DNA from: a virus
Lineage: Duplodnaviria; Caudoviricetes
Strand: one strand, 5' to 3'
DNA: 55,196 nt
IMG/VR virus record: IMGVR_UViG_3300033821_000049
Span: 1-55,196 of that record
This document shows positions 38,707 to 49,484 of the stretch, piece by piece; the first letter of the stretch is position 1; every line of letters begins with the position of its first letter. A model generated the notes under the pieces. It saw only the letters and a list, made by a program, of their open reading frames with translations. It did not search any database and was not told the DNA's origin. The translations under genes were made by a program, and so were the position numbers.

Positions 38707-40419
38707 ATGGCAATAATATTAAATGACAATCTTCAAATAAACGCAGGTAAACCAATTGATTCAAGATATTTAACAACTGGAAATACTGTATATGCTTCAA
38801 CTGGTGCAACCAATTCAGCAATTCCTGTTCCTTTAAGATATACTGGCTTAACAGTTAATGTTTTAGGTACTGAATATTGGTATAAAACTGGTGTTGCTGA
38901 CATTAATTTAATTCAGAAAAAATATGATACTGTGTTACCAACAGGCAGTTTTGTTACTGGTGCTACTAATATTGGATATTTTAGTGGATATACAAGTGTA
39001 CAAATATTACCAATAACAAATTTACCCGATAATAATTATAATGGTAATTATTATTCAATTTATAATTATTATTATAGAGGTATTGACGGTAAAATACATG
39101 TTGGTGTACCAAATGATGGTATACCAAAAAGAGGTTATGTAAAAACATCTGGTATTACAAAGTCATGGCTTTGGAATGAATATACTGGCAGTTCAAATAT
39201 ATTAGGTTGGATTTTAGTCAATGGTGATATTTCACAACAAATTGGAATATTTGCAAATGGTTACAAATATTATACTGGTTCGTCTCAAGTATATACTGAA
39301 AGTGGATGGACTACTGGAAATATATATACTAATGGTTCAAGTTTGGTTATTAGTACTGTTCTTGGTAGTTTAACAAGTGGTACAACTTTAATAATTGGTG
39401 GACCGTTTTTTGCTACTAAAACCAATAATGCGCTGAATTTTAGAACATTAATAACAAAAACTCCAACTTTATTGAGTGTTTCTTATGATGAAGCATTTGT
39501 TTATATATCTGGTAATACTGGTAGTGCACTTATTACTGCATCAAATGGGTTGACGAAAATTGGTCAGGATGTTAGACTTGGCGGTACATTAATAAGTGGT
39601 ACAACAATTATAACTGATTCACGTGCAACACCAGTAGGTATTCAATATGCTGCTGATTATTCAGCAAGTTTTACTGATCGTTCATTAATTGACAAAGGAT
39701 ATCTTACCAGTATATCTGCATTAGGTGGAGAAAGAATTTTTAAAACTATTTATCAAACTTCACACGGATTTAGTATTGGTCAAGTAGTTGGTTGGAGTGG
39801 TTGTACATATAATTTACCAATTGCAACAGGTTTATATGATGGTGAAGTTATTGGTATTGTAACTAATTGTTTTAATCCTAATTCTTTTGAAGTAACACAA
39901 GCAGGTTTTGTTAGTGGTATAACAGTAGGTGGTGGATTAATTACAAATTGTACATATTTTCTTAGTGCTACTGTTGCTGGATGTTTAACTACATGTGAGC
40001 CAATAACTCCTAATTATCTTAGTAAATCAATGTTAATTGCTACTTCGGCATGTAGCGGTTGGGTTTTACCTTATGCTGGATATGTAATAACAAGTGGTAT
40101 TACTCAAGGTGGAGCATTAATAAGAAATGTATGTAATATATCAGCATCACCATACGTAGTAACACCTTCAGATTTTTATATTGGTGCAAAAGGTGGTGAT
40201 ATTGTTCAATTAAACAGTTTACATGTAAATGGTCAGGTAATTGTTGTTGATGATGTTTGTGGTAACGCTGCAATTGGTTGTGAAATTCAGGTTAGTGGTG
40301 TATTTTTCGGTGGAAGTAGTACCGCATGCATTAATACTGCATATGGTTCAATGACATTTATATATAATGGTGGAAAAGCATGTTGGTCAGCAATTGGATT
40401 CTCTACAGCACCTTATTAA
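38707..40419 (+). CDS. Tail-fibre-associated protein (type B)
   Basis: MAI.L.DN.Q.NA.KP.DSRYL N-terminus shared with 42847; NGLTK...LGG repeat. Confidence 0.6.
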   Translation: MAIILNDNLQINAGKPIDSRYLTTGNTVYASTGATNSAIPVPLRYTGLTVNVLGTEYWYKTGVADINLIQKKYDTVLPTGSFVTGATNIGYFSGYTSVQILPITNLPDNNYNGNYYSIYNYYYRGIDGKIHVGVPNDGIPKRGYVKTSGITKSWLWNEYTGSSNILGWILVNGDISQQIGIFANGYKYYTGSSQVYTESGWTTGNIYTNGSSLVISTVLGSLTSGTTLIIGGPFFATKTNNALNFRTLITKTPTLLSVSYDEAFVYISGNTGSALITASNGLTKIGQDVRLGGTLISGTTIITDSRATPVGIQYAADYSASFTDRSLIDKGYLTSISALGGERIFKTIYQTSHGFSIGQVVGWSGCTYNLPIATGLYDGEVIGIVTNCFNPNSFEVTQAGFVSGITVGGGLITNCTYFLSATVAGCLTTCEPITPNYLSKSMLIATSACSGWVLPYAGYVITSGITQGGALIRNVCNISASPYVVTPSDFYIGAKGGDIVQLNSLHVNGQVIVVDDVCGNAAIGCEIQVSGVFFGGSSTACINTAYGSMTFIYNGGKACWSAIGFSTAPY

Positions 40420-40432
40420 TAATTAATATAAT

Positions 40433-42835
40433 ATGATTAAAAAATATGGTACAAATCAAGCATTAATTGGTAGTGGTTTTAATCAACCTGCAGGTACTGG
40501 TTTCACATTAACACTATCAGGTAATACTATTATTGCAAGTAGTGGAACATTTAAATACGCAACAAACAGAAGTGCTTATTTTAATGTTACTCCACGTGCT
40601 GTGCCTGATGTAGCATATGTAACTGGTCAAACTCTAAATATTCGTCATATTGGTTCTGTTGGTCAAATTATATATAGAGGTATTAGTGGAATTACAGGTG
40701 CTACTGGTTTTATATATGATAAAGCAACATCTGGGGTCACAGTACCTAATTTAACAATTTCAACAACGCCCGTAACTGATTTATCTCTTGATTGGTTATT
40801 ATCATGGGATTGTAATACTGGAAAAGTAAAAAAAATATGTTATGCAAGTGCTGTTGGTTTAACTTGTGCAGAAAATGGTTTAACTTCAGTAGGTGGTCTT
40901 GTTTGTCTTGGTGGTAATTTATGTACTGATACTATAATAAATGGTTTAGATTTATATGCAATACGTTTTTGTAATTTATGCAGTGCGTGTATAACAACCA
41001 CAGTAGGTAATATTGTTCTTGATAGTCGTTGTAATAGTGGGGGTGTATATTTAAAATCACAAAATGGTGCAATAAATAGTCCAGTAGGTAATTACGCAAA
41101 TTCTGTTGGTGTTGCAATGGATTATCCATCTAATATTTTTAAAATATATGATAATCGAATAGGTGCTAATCAAAAGGGTATTGAATATGATAATAATTAT
41201 AGTGCATTTTTTACTCCACGTTCACTTGTTGATAAATCATATGTAGATGCTATTGCTGCAGGTCTTCAACCCCATCCTGCCGTACTCGTTGCAACATCAG
41301 GGGTAAGCGATAATAGAGCATTAACAGGATTAACAGGAACAACAATTGTTGATGGAGTTGTTTTAAGTCAAGGAGATAGAGTTTTAATAAAAAATCAAAC
41401 TGATGCTAAACAAAATGGTATATATATTTTAACTGGTACTACATTTACCCGTGCAATTGATTTTGATCAAAGCAGTGAAAGCGTTCAAGGAGCATATACT
41501 TTTGTATTATCAGGTAATACATGGCAATATACTTCATGGATTTTATCAACACCAAACCCAATAACAATTAATGTAACACCATTAACGTTTAGTTTATTTG
41601 CTCAAGTTACTGATATTCTTGCTGGTACAGGAATAACCATTACAAAATATTATGGTCAGGATACTGTTTCTGTTAATGGTTCAGTTCTTGCAGGTAATTC
41701 GATATTATGGACAGGAAATACATTTAATGTCGATATTAATGGTGGAACGTTAGCAATTGCATTAAGTCAGACAATTACAGGTGGTACAAATGGTTTAATA
41801 AAATCTGGACAACAATTAAAACTTGGCGGGACTTTGACTGGTTCAACAGTAATAACTGATAGTCGTTTGGTTAAAAAGGGTATTGAATATGGTGGAAATT
41901 ATAGTTCAGGATTTACTAATTGTTCTCTTATAACAAAAGAATATGTTCAATCACAAATATCCAGTGGTGGAACATATAATCTTCAATCACCAGCAGCAAT
42001 ATGTGTTGGTGGAATTTGTGTTGGTTATGTTTTAACTGGTAAAACTGCATTTCAAATATTTCAAGATTTATTAGTACCAACATTATATCCTGCGTTTGTT
42101 GCACCAAGTGAAAGTGCTTCAATATCACCTTCAGGTACGTTTGAGATTGGATGTAGTATTGCAACATTATGTATTACTGGTACTTTTAATAGAGGCACGA
42201 TAATTCCAGCATATGGAACTGATGGATTTAGAAGCGGTCCTGCAACTTGTTATGTATTTACTGGTTGTCAAATTGCTGCTTCATATGCATGTAATGCATC
42301 ATCATTGACTAAATGCGCAACAAGTTATGTTGTTTGTGCAAGTCAAACTTGGACTGTTTCTACCTGTTTTTCTGCTGGTTGTCAACCAAAAGATAGTAAA
42401 GGCGGGAATTATGGTTCAGTATGCGGTCCGGGTCAAACAAGTGCACCAACTGCTACAATTACTGGTATTTATCCATATTATTATGGAAAACTTACAAGTG
42501 GCAGTCGTCCAGCAGTAACAAATGCTCTTGTAACAGCAGGTTGTATATCAAAATGTGTTTTAAGCAGTACGGGTACAGTAACAGTTAGTTTCGGAAGTTC
42601 AGCAAGCGAATATACTTGGCTTGCAATTCCTCAGACTTCAACATCAAAAATTTGTTGGTATGTTAATGCTCTCGATAATGGAAAAATTAATAGTTCTCCA
42701 AGTGATAAATATCCTGATGAATGTGTAATAGCAATTACTTCGGCAGAAGGATGTTGGGCAGGTATAAATTATAAGGTTTACATGAGTGGTGCTGTTGGAG
42801 CAATTAGTGCTTCAATGGAATTTAGAAATAGTTAA
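40433..42835 (+). CDS. Tail fibre protein (type A', Cys-rich)
   Basis: Tail-fibre motif VDGV.L..GDRVLIKNQT...NGIY...RA.DFD; NGL...LGG repeats. Confidence 0.65.
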   Translation: MIKKYGTNQALIGSGFNQPAGTGFTLTLSGNTIIASSGTFKYATNRSAYFNVTPRAVPDVAYVTGQTLNIRHIGSVGQIIYRGISGITGATGFIYDKATSGVTVPNLTISTTPVTDLSLDWLLSWDCNTGKVKKICYASAVGLTCAENGLTSVGGLVCLGGNLCTDTIINGLDLYAIRFCNLCSACITTTVGNIVLDSRCNSGGVYLKSQNGAINSPVGNYANSVGVAMDYPSNIFKIYDNRIGANQKGIEYDNNYSAFFTPRSLVDKSYVDAIAAGLQPHPAVLVATSGVSDNRALTGLTGTTIVDGVVLSQGDRVLIKNQTDAKQNGIYILTGTTFTRAIDFDQSSESVQGAYTFVLSGNTWQYTSWILSTPNPITINVTPLTFSLFAQVTDILAGTGITITKYYGQDTVSVNGSVLAGNSILWTGNTFNVDINGGTLAIALSQTITGGTNGLIKSGQQLKLGGTLTGSTVITDSRLVKKGIEYGGNYSSGFTNCSLITKEYVQSQISSGGTYNLQSPAAICVGGICVGYVLTGKTAFQIFQDLLVPTLYPAFVAPSESASISPSGTFEIGCSIATLCITGTFNRGTIIPAYGTDGFRSGPATCYVFTGCQIAASYACNASSLTKCATSYVVCASQTWTVSTCFSAGCQPKDSKGGNYGSVCGPGQTSAPTATITGIYPYYYGKLTSGSRPAVTNALVTAGCISKCVLSSTGTVTVSFGSSASEYTWLAIPQTSTSKICWYVNALDNGKINSSPSDKYPDECVIAITSAEGCWAGINYKVYMSGAVGAISASMEFRNS

Positions 42836-42846
42836 AAATATTAGAT

Positions 42847-43614
42847 ATGGCAATAGTTTTAAGTGATAATATTCAAGTTAATGCTCCGAAACCCGTAGAC
42901 AGTAGGTATTTAAATATTCTTGTGCCATTTTCAAGTACAACTATTGCCAATACTACAATTGTTAGTGGTGTAAGATTCATAGGTTTAACTGTTAATATTA
43001 ATAGCTCTGAATATTGGTATAAAAACGGTATTTTAGATACAGATTTAATTATTAAATTAGGTGGTGGAAGTGCAATTACTGGTGCAACAAATGGTCTGAC
43101 AATATCTAATAATAATGTTATTCTTGGTGGTACATTACTTACTGCAACAACAATAAATGGTGGTGGACAAACATTAAATATTAATGTTAATGATTTTAAT
43201 CTTAGTGGTACAACTCTTAATATTACTGGTATTGTAACATTACAATCAACACCAACAGGTGGAACAACTTCAGATGCAATACTTGTTTGGAATTCAATAG
43301 ATAAAAAAATTAAACAGGTTTCGCCAAATATTATTAATGTTTGTAATATTAGTGGAGTATATTCTGCAACAACAAACAATAGTTTCATCGGTGCAAATGC
43401 TGGTTCAACAATATATTTACCACCTGCTCCTAATTGCGGACAAAAAATTTCAATAGCTGATTGTTCAGGTAATGCATTAGCAAATAATATTTATGTTTGT
43501 AGTACAACCTGTTGTATACTTAATTGTAATATGGCTATAATTAACACAGATTATGGTTCAATGTCATTCATATTTAATAATACTTTTTGGAGTGCAGTTG
43601 CATTCACCAATTAA
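42847..43614 (+). CDS. Tail-fibre-associated protein (type B')
   Basis: Shares N- and C-termini with 38707-40419 (INT.YGSM.FI.N...WSA). Confidence 0.6.
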   Translation: MAIVLSDNIQVNAPKPVDSRYLNILVPFSSTTIANTTIVSGVRFIGLTVNINSSEYWYKNGILDTDLIIKLGGGSAITGATNGLTISNNNVILGGTLLTATTINGGGQTLNINVNDFNLSGTTLNITGIVTLQSTPTGGTTSDAILVWNSIDKKIKQVSPNIINVCNISGVYSATTNNSFIGANAGSTIYLPPAPNCGQKISIADCSGNALANNIYVCSTTCCILNCNMAIINTDYGSMSFIFNNTFWSAVAFTN

Positions 43615-43697
43615 TATATTGAGAATATAATAATTTACTTGAGATTAAAACTATTTATAAGTAGATAATAACAGAAAAAATATAAAAATATAAAATT

Positions 43698-46600
43698 ATG
43701 GCATTCAATACAAAAATAGACCTATATGATAGTAAGGTAATTCAATGTGCTAATCAAACATTGACCTTATCTGGAAAAACTGTCATTGCTACATCAGGTG
43801 ATTTAAGATATCAAACACATCCAACATTTACTGGTGCTACTCAGATTGTAGATAAATGTTATGTTGATACAGCTACTGGTGGTATTTGTGCAAATAATGG
43901 TTTAACAAAAAGAGGTAGTTTTATTACTCTTGGTGGCGCATTAACTGGCGATACTACAATTGGAAGCAGCACATGTGCATTAAAAATAAATGTTAATACA
44001 CTTAGTTTAAGTGGTAATACTGCATTTAATTTAAGTACTGGTAATGGTGTAATAACAGATACTGGTAACAAAGGTGGTTTACAGTATGCAACATGTTATG
44101 ATGCATGTGTTGTTAAACTTTCAATACCAAATGCTGGTTGGGTAACTGGAAAAACAAGTACTTCTGGAATACAAACTGCTGGTAATGGTTTAACTAAAAC
44201 ATTGACAAATGTCACATTAGGTGGTACAATATCAGGTGCTACTGTAATTACAGATTCACGTGGTGCTGGTTTAACACTTGGTATTCAATATGGTGGTGAT
44301 TATTCTTGTGGCTATAATGCACGTTCACTTGTTGATGCTGGCTATGTAACTGGAAAAACAAGTACTTCTGGAATACAAACCGTTAATAATGGTTTAACAA
44401 AACACGGAACAAATGCGGTTCTTGGCGGTGCATTAACAGGTGATACTACAATTGGAAGTGGTTCATGTGTTCTTGGTGTAAATGTAAATACTGTTAATTT
44501 ATGTGGTTGTGTAACATTAAAATCAACTCCACCTAATCTTGTTGCAGATATTCTTACACGTAATACAAGTACAGGTGAAATTTCAAAAACAACATTAAGT
44601 TCTCTTGGTGGTTTAACTGGTGCGACAAATGGCATTGGTATTACAGGTCAAAAAGTTTGTCTTGGCGGTGCTTTAATTGCAGGTACTTCAATAACTGGTG
44701 CTCAAGCATTATGTTTAGGTACTGCTGCAAGTAAATTAGCATCATTAGATTTACGTCCTGCAGGTGCTCTCACTATAGTTGCTGGTACATTACCAATATC
44801 TTCAAGTGGTGCAACATTTACTGATTTGTGCACAATACCACATGGTATTCAATATGGTGGTGATTATAGTACATCTTTCTGTGGTAATTCATTGGTTAGT
44901 AAAATATATGTTGATAGCGTTGCAACAGGATTGCACGTTAAAGCAGCAGCAATTGTTGCAACAACAGCACCCATTACTTTAAGTGGTAATCAAACAATTG
45001 ATGGCGTTTTGACAACAACTGGTATGAGAGTATTGGTTAAAAATCAAGCAGACGCTACAACTAATGGTATATATAGTGCAAATACTGGTAGTTGGGGTCG
45101 TACAAGTGATTACATTAATAATACTCAGGTTACTAATGGTGATTTAATTCCAGTTACATCAGGTTCAACTCAAAATAGTTCAATTTGGGCATTAATTACA
45201 CCAGACCCGATTATAGTTGGTGTGACTTCATTAGATTATACTGAGTTCTCAACAATTATAGATGTTCAAGGTGGACAAGGTATTTGTATAACTCAAGTTG
45301 GTGGTACACATACTGTTTGTGTTAATCCTGTAAGTGGATGTGGATTATGTGTTGACCCTTCTGGATTATGTATTAATAATAGTATTGGTGGTAATGGTTT
45401 AACTTATAGTGGTGGTGTAATTAATGCTAATGCATGTAGTTGTGGTGCAGTTGCAGCAATAAATGTTGGATATAATGGTAGTGATAATCTTATTGTTGCA
45501 TGTTCGGATATTACAAATATGTCTGCTATTGTTACTGGTGCAATAAATGGTTTAACAAAAACAGGTCAAAATATAGGATTGGGTGGTACTTTAACAGGTT
45601 CAACAGTAATAACTGATTCACGTGTAACACCATTAGGTATTCAATACGCTGCTGATTATACTACAACATTTGTTAACGAATCTCTTATAACAAAACGTTA
45701 TGTTCATTCTTATGTTACTGGTGGTACAACCGTATTAACAGCAAATAATGGTTTAACGAAACAAGCAAATAATAATGTTGTATTAGGTGGTGCATTAACA
45801 GGCAATACTTTAATTAGTGGTGCATATACACTTTCACTTTGTAATGGTGCTTTATTAAATACTCAGTGTGGTTATCAAATAAGTGGTTGTACAATACTTC
45901 AAACAGACAAAGGATTATCAGTACTTATTGGTCCTAAAGCTGGTAATCTTTTAAGTACTGGTAATGCTAATATTAATATTGGTATTTGTACATCTGTAGC
46001 TCTTAATGTTGGTTGTAATAATATTGCAATTGGTTGTCAAGCATTTAATGCTGCAATAAATTCATGTTGTGAAATTGCAATTGGTGTTCAAGCACTTTTA
46101 AATGCATGTTGCCGAAATTCTGATATTGCAATTGGTACTTGTGCACTTTACAAAGCTGCAAGTGGTGTTGGTTGTAGTATTGCAATTGGTTATAAAGCAG
46201 GTTTTTGTTCAATTAATGGTGTTAGAAACGTTATGATTGGTTATTGTGCAGGTTATTTGGAACTGAATTCTGATAAGTTGTATATTGCAAACTCAGGCAC
46301 TATTACTCCATTAATTTATGGTGATTTCAATACATCTGCAGTAACATTAAATGCTAAGTTAACTCTTGGCGTTGTACCTACTACTGGTGCATTAACTGAT
46401 GTAGTTCTTGTAAGAAATTCTGGTGGTGAAGTTAGAACAGTTACTGTTGCAACAATTACTGGTGCAACCGCAATAAGTGCAATTAATGGTTTAACAAAAA
46501 CTGGAAATCAAATTAAATTAGGTGGTACTTTGACTGGCATAACAACAATTAATGGTGGTCAGACATTAAACATTAATCAGACAGTTTTAAATTTAAGCGG

Positions 46601-47048
46601 TAATACATCTGTTAATATCACTGGTACTGCTGTAACTCTTCAAACAACTCCACCTGCTGGTTTAACTTCAGATGCGGTATTAGTATGGAATAGTGGTGAT
46701 AAAAAGATTAAAACTGTTAGTGGTGCTGCTCTTGGTGATAAGAATAATATTTATTCACATTCAGCAGTTACAACTTCAGTATTATTAACAACGGGCAGTT
46801 CATATGTAATTTTAGTTAATAATAGTGCCCCTGTAACAATTACATTACCAGCGACTCCGATTAATGGACAAGTATTTAAAATTAAAAACGTAAGTGGTAC
46901 AGCAGTAACAAATATTATTACAGTTGCAGGTAATGGTAAAAATATTGATGGTTCAGCAAGTGGCTTAATTAATACTGATTATGGTGCACTTGAACTAATA
47001 TATGATACCACATTAACAGCATGGTATACTTTGGCTTTCATTAATTAA
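43698..47048 (+). CDS. Long tail fibre protein
   Basis: Multiple NGLTK....LGG.LTG.T repeats, IDGV....GMRVLVKNQ....NGIY, N.AIG..A adhesin-like repeats, C-terminal TITLPA.P..G domain. Confidence 0.7.
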   Translation: MAFNTKIDLYDSKVIQCANQTLTLSGKTVIATSGDLRYQTHPTFTGATQIVDKCYVDTATGGICANNGLTKRGSFITLGGALTGDTTIGSSTCALKINVNTLSLSGNTAFNLSTGNGVITDTGNKGGLQYATCYDACVVKLSIPNAGWVTGKTSTSGIQTAGNGLTKTLTNVTLGGTISGATVITDSRGAGLTLGIQYGGDYSCGYNARSLVDAGYVTGKTSTSGIQTVNNGLTKHGTNAVLGGALTGDTTIGSGSCVLGVNVNTVNLCGCVTLKSTPPNLVADILTRNTSTGEISKTTLSSLGGLTGATNGIGITGQKVCLGGALIAGTSITGAQALCLGTAASKLASLDLRPAGALTIVAGTLPISSSGATFTDLCTIPHGIQYGGDYSTSFCGNSLVSKIYVDSVATGLHVKAAAIVATTAPITLSGNQTIDGVLTTTGMRVLVKNQADATTNGIYSANTGSWGRTSDYINNTQVTNGDLIPVTSGSTQNSSIWALITPDPIIVGVTSLDYTEFSTIIDVQGGQGICITQVGGTHTVCVNPVSGCGLCVDPSGLCINNSIGGNGLTYSGGVINANACSCGAVAAINVGYNGSDNLIVACSDITNMSAIVTGAINGLTKTGQNIGLGGTLTGSTVITDSRVTPLGIQYAADYTTTFVNESLITKRYVHSYVTGGTTVLTANNGLTKQANNNVVLGGALTGNTLISGAYTLSLCNGALLNTQCGYQISGCTILQTDKGLSVLIGPKAGNLLSTGNANINIGICTSVALNVGCNNIAIGCQAFNAAINSCCEIAIGVQALLNACCRNSDIAIGTCALYKAASGVGCSIAIGYKAGFCSINGVRNVMIGYCAGYLELNSDKLYIANSGTITPLIYGDFNTSAVTLNAKLTLGVVPTTGALTDVVLVRNSGGEVRTVTVATITGATAISAINGLTKTGNQIKLGGTLTGITTINGGQTLNINQTVLNLSGNTSVNITGTAVTLQTTPPAGLTSDAVLVWNSGDKKIKTVSGAALGDKNNIYSHSAVTTSVLLTTGSSYVILVNNSAPVTITLPATPINGQVFKIKNVSGTAVTNIITVAGNGKNIDGSASGLINTDYGALELIYDTTLTAWYTLAFIN
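44142..44380 (+). repeat. 35-bp exact intragenic direct repeat
   Basis: GTAACTGGAAAAACAAGTACTTCTGGAATACAAAC at 44142-44176 and 44346-44380. Confidence 0.8.
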
Positions 47049-47072
47049 TAATAATAGTTAATTACAATATTT

Positions 47073-47104
47073 AAAGATGAGAATTAATTTTCTCATTTTT
47101 TTTT
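47073..47104 (+). terminator. Intrinsic terminator
   Basis: ATGAGAA-TTAATT-TTCTCAT followed by a long T run. Confidence 0.6.
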
Positions 47105-47170
47105 CTTGTAAATCGAGATTTTTGTGATTATCTTCGTATTTATAAAAAAATATAAAAATTTATAATATTC

Positions 47171-48112
47171 GTGATTAAGAAAGTTTACATATATACACTA
47201 ACAAATCCATTAAATAATGAAGTTTTTTATATTGGATATACATATAATTTAAAAAAGAGGTTATATGAACACTTATATAGTTATAATTTAAAGGATAATA
47301 GATATAAAAAATTGATTATTGAAAAAATATTAAGTGCGGGATTAAAACCAGAAATAAATGCAATTGATGAATGTGAATATGTTTTTAATCAAGAACAGAA
47401 TATATTTGAACATGAAAGATTAGAAATTTATTATATAAAAAAATATCGAAAAGAAGGAATTAGATTGACTAACTTAACTGAAGGTGGAAAAAATCCTCCA
47501 ATTTCAAAAACAAAAAGAGTTGTATATCAATACGATAAAAATTTAAATTTTATTAACAAATACGAATCAATAACAGAAGCAGCAATTGCCGTAGAAACAC
47601 AAGCGACACATATTTGTAGGGCATTAGATCAAAAAGTAAATTTATCGTCTAAGGGTTACTATTGGTTATCCTCAAATAATTTAATTAACATTAGAACCGA
47701 AAAAAAGAAACCAATCATATTAAAAGAAAGAGAAAAGCATACAATACCAATAGTACAATATAGTTTGAATGGTATTTTTTTAAATGAATATTTGGGTCAA
47801 AGTGATGCCGAAAAAATCACTGGAATTAATTCAAAATTAATTAATAAATGTTTAAAGATGAGTAATTATAATCAAACTGGTGGTTATATGTGGTTTTATA
47901 AAGATAAAATCCCCCTAAATATTGAAAAATATAAAAGAAGAGGTGTTTCTCGTAAAATATTAACATATGATTTAACTGGAAATTATGTTGCAGAATATAA
48001 TTCAATTAGAGAGGGGTCAAAAGATTTAAATATTGATGAAACGTCTATTTGTAAAAATTTAAAAGGATGTATATCAAGAGCAGGAAATTACAGATTTACA
48101 TATAATAATTAA
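47171..48112 (+). CDS. GIY-YIG homing endonuclease with three NUMOD1 repeats
   Basis: YIYTL...VFYIGYT..LKKRL..H...LEIYYI...LTNLTEGG; repeated V.QY..NG.F..EY.S..EA units. Confidence 0.85.
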   Translation: MIKKVYIYTLTNPLNNEVFYIGYTYNLKKRLYEHLYSYNLKDNRYKKLIIEKILSAGLKPEINAIDECEYVFNQEQNIFEHERLEIYYIKKYRKEGIRLTNLTEGGKNPPISKTKRVVYQYDKNLNFINKYESITEAAIAVETQATHICRALDQKVNLSSKGYYWLSSNNLINIRTEKKKPIILKEREKHTIPIVQYSLNGIFLNEYLGQSDAEKITGINSKLINKCLKMSNYNQTGGYMWFYKDKIPLNIEKYKRRGVSRKILTYDLTGNYVAEYNSIREGSKDLNIDETSICKNLKGCISRAGNYRFTYNN

Positions 48113-48139
48113 AAATAATTAAAATTTAAAACAAAATTT

Positions 48140-49048
48140 ATGGTAACAGACAGTAAAATAAGTAGTAATGATAAATATATAATATTTGAAAGCCAAGGCG
48201 GTCATGGTAAACAAATTTGCGCAACCGCAGTAATTCGTGCAATAAAAAAAGCATATCCAGATAGAAAGTTGATATGGATTACCCCTTGGGACGGACCCGC
48301 ATTTTATAATCCAGATATATTTCGTTTTTTTGTGTTCAATCAAATACCGCAATATTTCAAAGATGATTATCTCAAAGAAGACACGATTATAATGAAACAC
48401 GACCCTTATAATGAAACTAATCATATATTAAGAAAAGAACATCTGACTGAAACTTGGTGTAAAATGTTTAATATACCTTATGATGGGTATAAACCAAAAA
48501 TCTATTTAAACCCCAGAGAGATCGAAATAGCAAGAGATAAGATAAAACCAGATAATAGACCAATCATGTTATTACAAACACATGGCGGAAGTAATCAACA
48601 ATATTCGAAAAAATCATGGTATAGGGATATGCCTGTGGAGATAAGTCAGAAATTGGTTGATTATTTTAGTAAATCATATCGTATTTTACATATTAAAGCA
48701 CCAGAACAACTAAATTTACGTGGTGTTGAACCATTATTATTACCACATAGAGAATTATATGCAGTATTTACTTTTAGTACCAAGAGATTATTCATAGATT
48801 CATTTGCACAACATGTCGCTGCAGCATTAGATTTACAGAGCACAGTTGTTTGGATTGGTAATTCACCTAAAGTGTTTGGTTATCCAGAACATATAAATGT
48901 ATTGCCTAATGCTAATATTATAAATAATTTTGATAAATTTACATATTTACAGGATGATATTTCAGGACAAATTCAAGCCTTTCCGTATGATACAGTAAAT
49001 GTCTTTGACATAAATAAAATTATTGAAGCAGTTAATAAACAAAAATAA
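48140..49048 (+). CDS. GT-B glycosyltransferase, GT9 (ADP-heptose heptosyltransferase)-like
   Basis: GGHGKQICATAVIRAIKKAYPDRKL, LLQTHGG, RDMP, LFIDSFAQHVAAALD...VVW (GT9 DS...H.AAA motif). Confidence 0.7.
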   Translation: MVTDSKISSNDKYIIFESQGGHGKQICATAVIRAIKKAYPDRKLIWITPWDGPAFYNPDIFRFFVFNQIPQYFKDDYLKEDTIIMKHDPYNETNHILRKEHLTETWCKMFNIPYDGYKPKIYLNPREIEIARDKIKPDNRPIMLLQTHGGSNQQYSKKSWYRDMPVEISQKLVDYFSKSYRILHIKAPEQLNLRGVEPLLLPHRELYAVFTFSTKRLFIDSFAQHVAAALDLQSTVVWIGNSPKVFGYPEHINVLPNANIINNFDKFTYLQDDISGQIQAFPYDTVNVFDINKIIEAVNKQK

Positions 49049-49070
49049 TTTCTATATTTTTTATTTTTTG

Positions 49071-49096
49071 AACCCACTTTAACAGGTGGGTTTTTT
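49071..49096 (+). terminator. Intrinsic terminator
   Basis: AACCCACTT-TAAC-AGGTGGGTT followed by T run. Confidence 0.75.
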
Positions 49097-49178
49097 ATTT
49101 TTATAATGCTTGAAGATTAAGTCTGAGTTTTTAAGTATTTATCTTAAAGTAATAATATTAAATAAATAATATAACATC

Positions 49179-49463
49179 ATGGCACTTCAAATGAATTATT
49201 ATCATCAACCTACAGATACAACATTTATGAACGCATATTGGAGAATAAATCCAAATTTTGGCATTATTGGTGGAAAGAATATTATAAAATATACCATTGA
49301 AGTTTTTAAAAATGTTAATATGGCACATCAGGAAAATTTTAAATGCATTAAAGGATTTACATATTCATTTACGCCTAATATTAAAAAGAATGCGCCTAAT
49401 TTCATTGAACAGGCATATAATCACGCAAAAGCCACTAATTATAGCGGTAGTGTTGATGTATAA
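49179..49463 (+). CDS. Small tail-fibre-associated protein (possible chaperone)
   Basis: MALQ...NAYWRI...QAY..AK pattern; directly precedes the large fibre gene. Confidence 0.5.
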   Translation: MALQMNYYHQPTDTTFMNAYWRINPNFGIIGGKNIIKYTIEVFKNVNMAHQENFKCIKGFTYSFTPNIKKNAPNFIEQAYNHAKATNYSGSVDV

Positions 49464-49484
49464 TTTTATAATTAAGTAACTAAA

